From Candidatus Saccharimonadales bacterium (GTDB lineage: Bacteria; Patescibacteriota; Saccharimonadia; Saccharimonadales; UBA10212), in assembly GCA_038245195.1 (NCBI GenBank), contig JBBRSU010000004.1:1-61889 (forward strand): a DNA stretch of 61,889 nt, in the 5' to 3' direction. Numbering within the stretch: the first letter of the stretch is position 1; every line of letters begins with the position of its first letter. This document shows, piece by piece, positions 61,875 through 61,889 of this stretch. The notes beneath the pieces were generated by a model. That model ran no database searches, was not told the DNA's origin, and saw nothing but the letters and a program-made list of their open reading frames with translations. Position numbers and translations under genes: made by a program.

Positions 61875-61889
61875 GGGACTATTGCTAGC

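Noticed and set aside
1-61889. An alternative genetic code (UGA as a sense codon, as in some CPR lineages).
   Set aside because: Long conserved genes (cyoB, dnaB, cysS, helicase, rpl genes) translate full-length with standard stops, and conserved proteins end at TGA, TAA or TAG where expected. There are no in-frame TGA interruptions.
1-61889. CRISPR arrays, reverse transcriptase/DGR template-variable repeat pairs, and rRNA genes.
   Set aside because: No regularly spaced 25-40-bp repeats were seen, and no RT- or Cas-like ORFs appear in the six-frame track. No non-coding stretch is long enough, apart from 29991-30862, which is explained by a pseudogene. A visual scan cannot exclude short or degenerate repeats.

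Overview
The window is a gene-dense stretch of about 42% GC (estimated by eye), read in the standard genetic code, from a small bacterial genome. The gene content is consistent with a Candidate Phyla Radiation / Saccharibacteria (TM7)-like organism, but this taxonomic placement is an inference, not a demonstrated result. The supporting features are a compact cyoABCDE quinol-oxidase operon, many envelope genes, extended ribosomal proteins and very short intergenic gaps. The core content is as follows:
- A UvrD-type helicase-nuclease.
- thyA-folA.
- An FAD-linked oxidase.
- cyoABCDE plus a small membrane protein.
- An MprF-like aminoacyl-phosphatidylglycerol synthase.
- An envelope cluster: LCP, histidine kinase (HK) and response regulator (RR), divergent from PAP2, VanY and a hydrolase, followed by an acyltransferase and an adenylating enzyme.
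- pgl-gnd.
- A patch of small accessory enzymes: Crp regulator, HAD, two VOC proteins, DUF488 and an FNR-like reductase.
- Two GT4 glycosyltransferases and an AI-2E transporter.
- cysS, nrnA-like, recR, ybaB and dnaB.
- dnaX and secE-nusG-rplKA, then dcd, then a tmk fusion, then rplJL.
- An operon of a P-loop kinase, a DUF45 peptidase and a PAS histidine kinase.

The most interesting part is a co-oriented accessory block of about 9 kb (about 30.7-40.0 kb) that abuts tRNA-Gln(UUG).
- It carries a second, paralogous OmpR-type RR and minimal HK, a MacB-type ABC transporter, a Gly-rich anchored protein, a second LCP enzyme, a class-A beta-lactamase-like protein, a large serine recombinase and a class II Fic protein.
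- The tRNA 3' end is duplicated as a perfect 27-bp direct repeat.
- Every intergenic gap of the TCS/ABC/LCP/bla block carries the same TTTAAR-N5-TTTAAR direct repeat. It sits in a fixed register 16-17 bp upstream of a TAnnnT hexamer. I read this as the operator of the island regulator.
- The chromosomal paralogue has the same architecture with TTTCAG half-sites.

No CRISPR array, rRNA gene or reverse transcriptase was seen. All functional calls are motif-level readings of the supplied translations. No database search was run.
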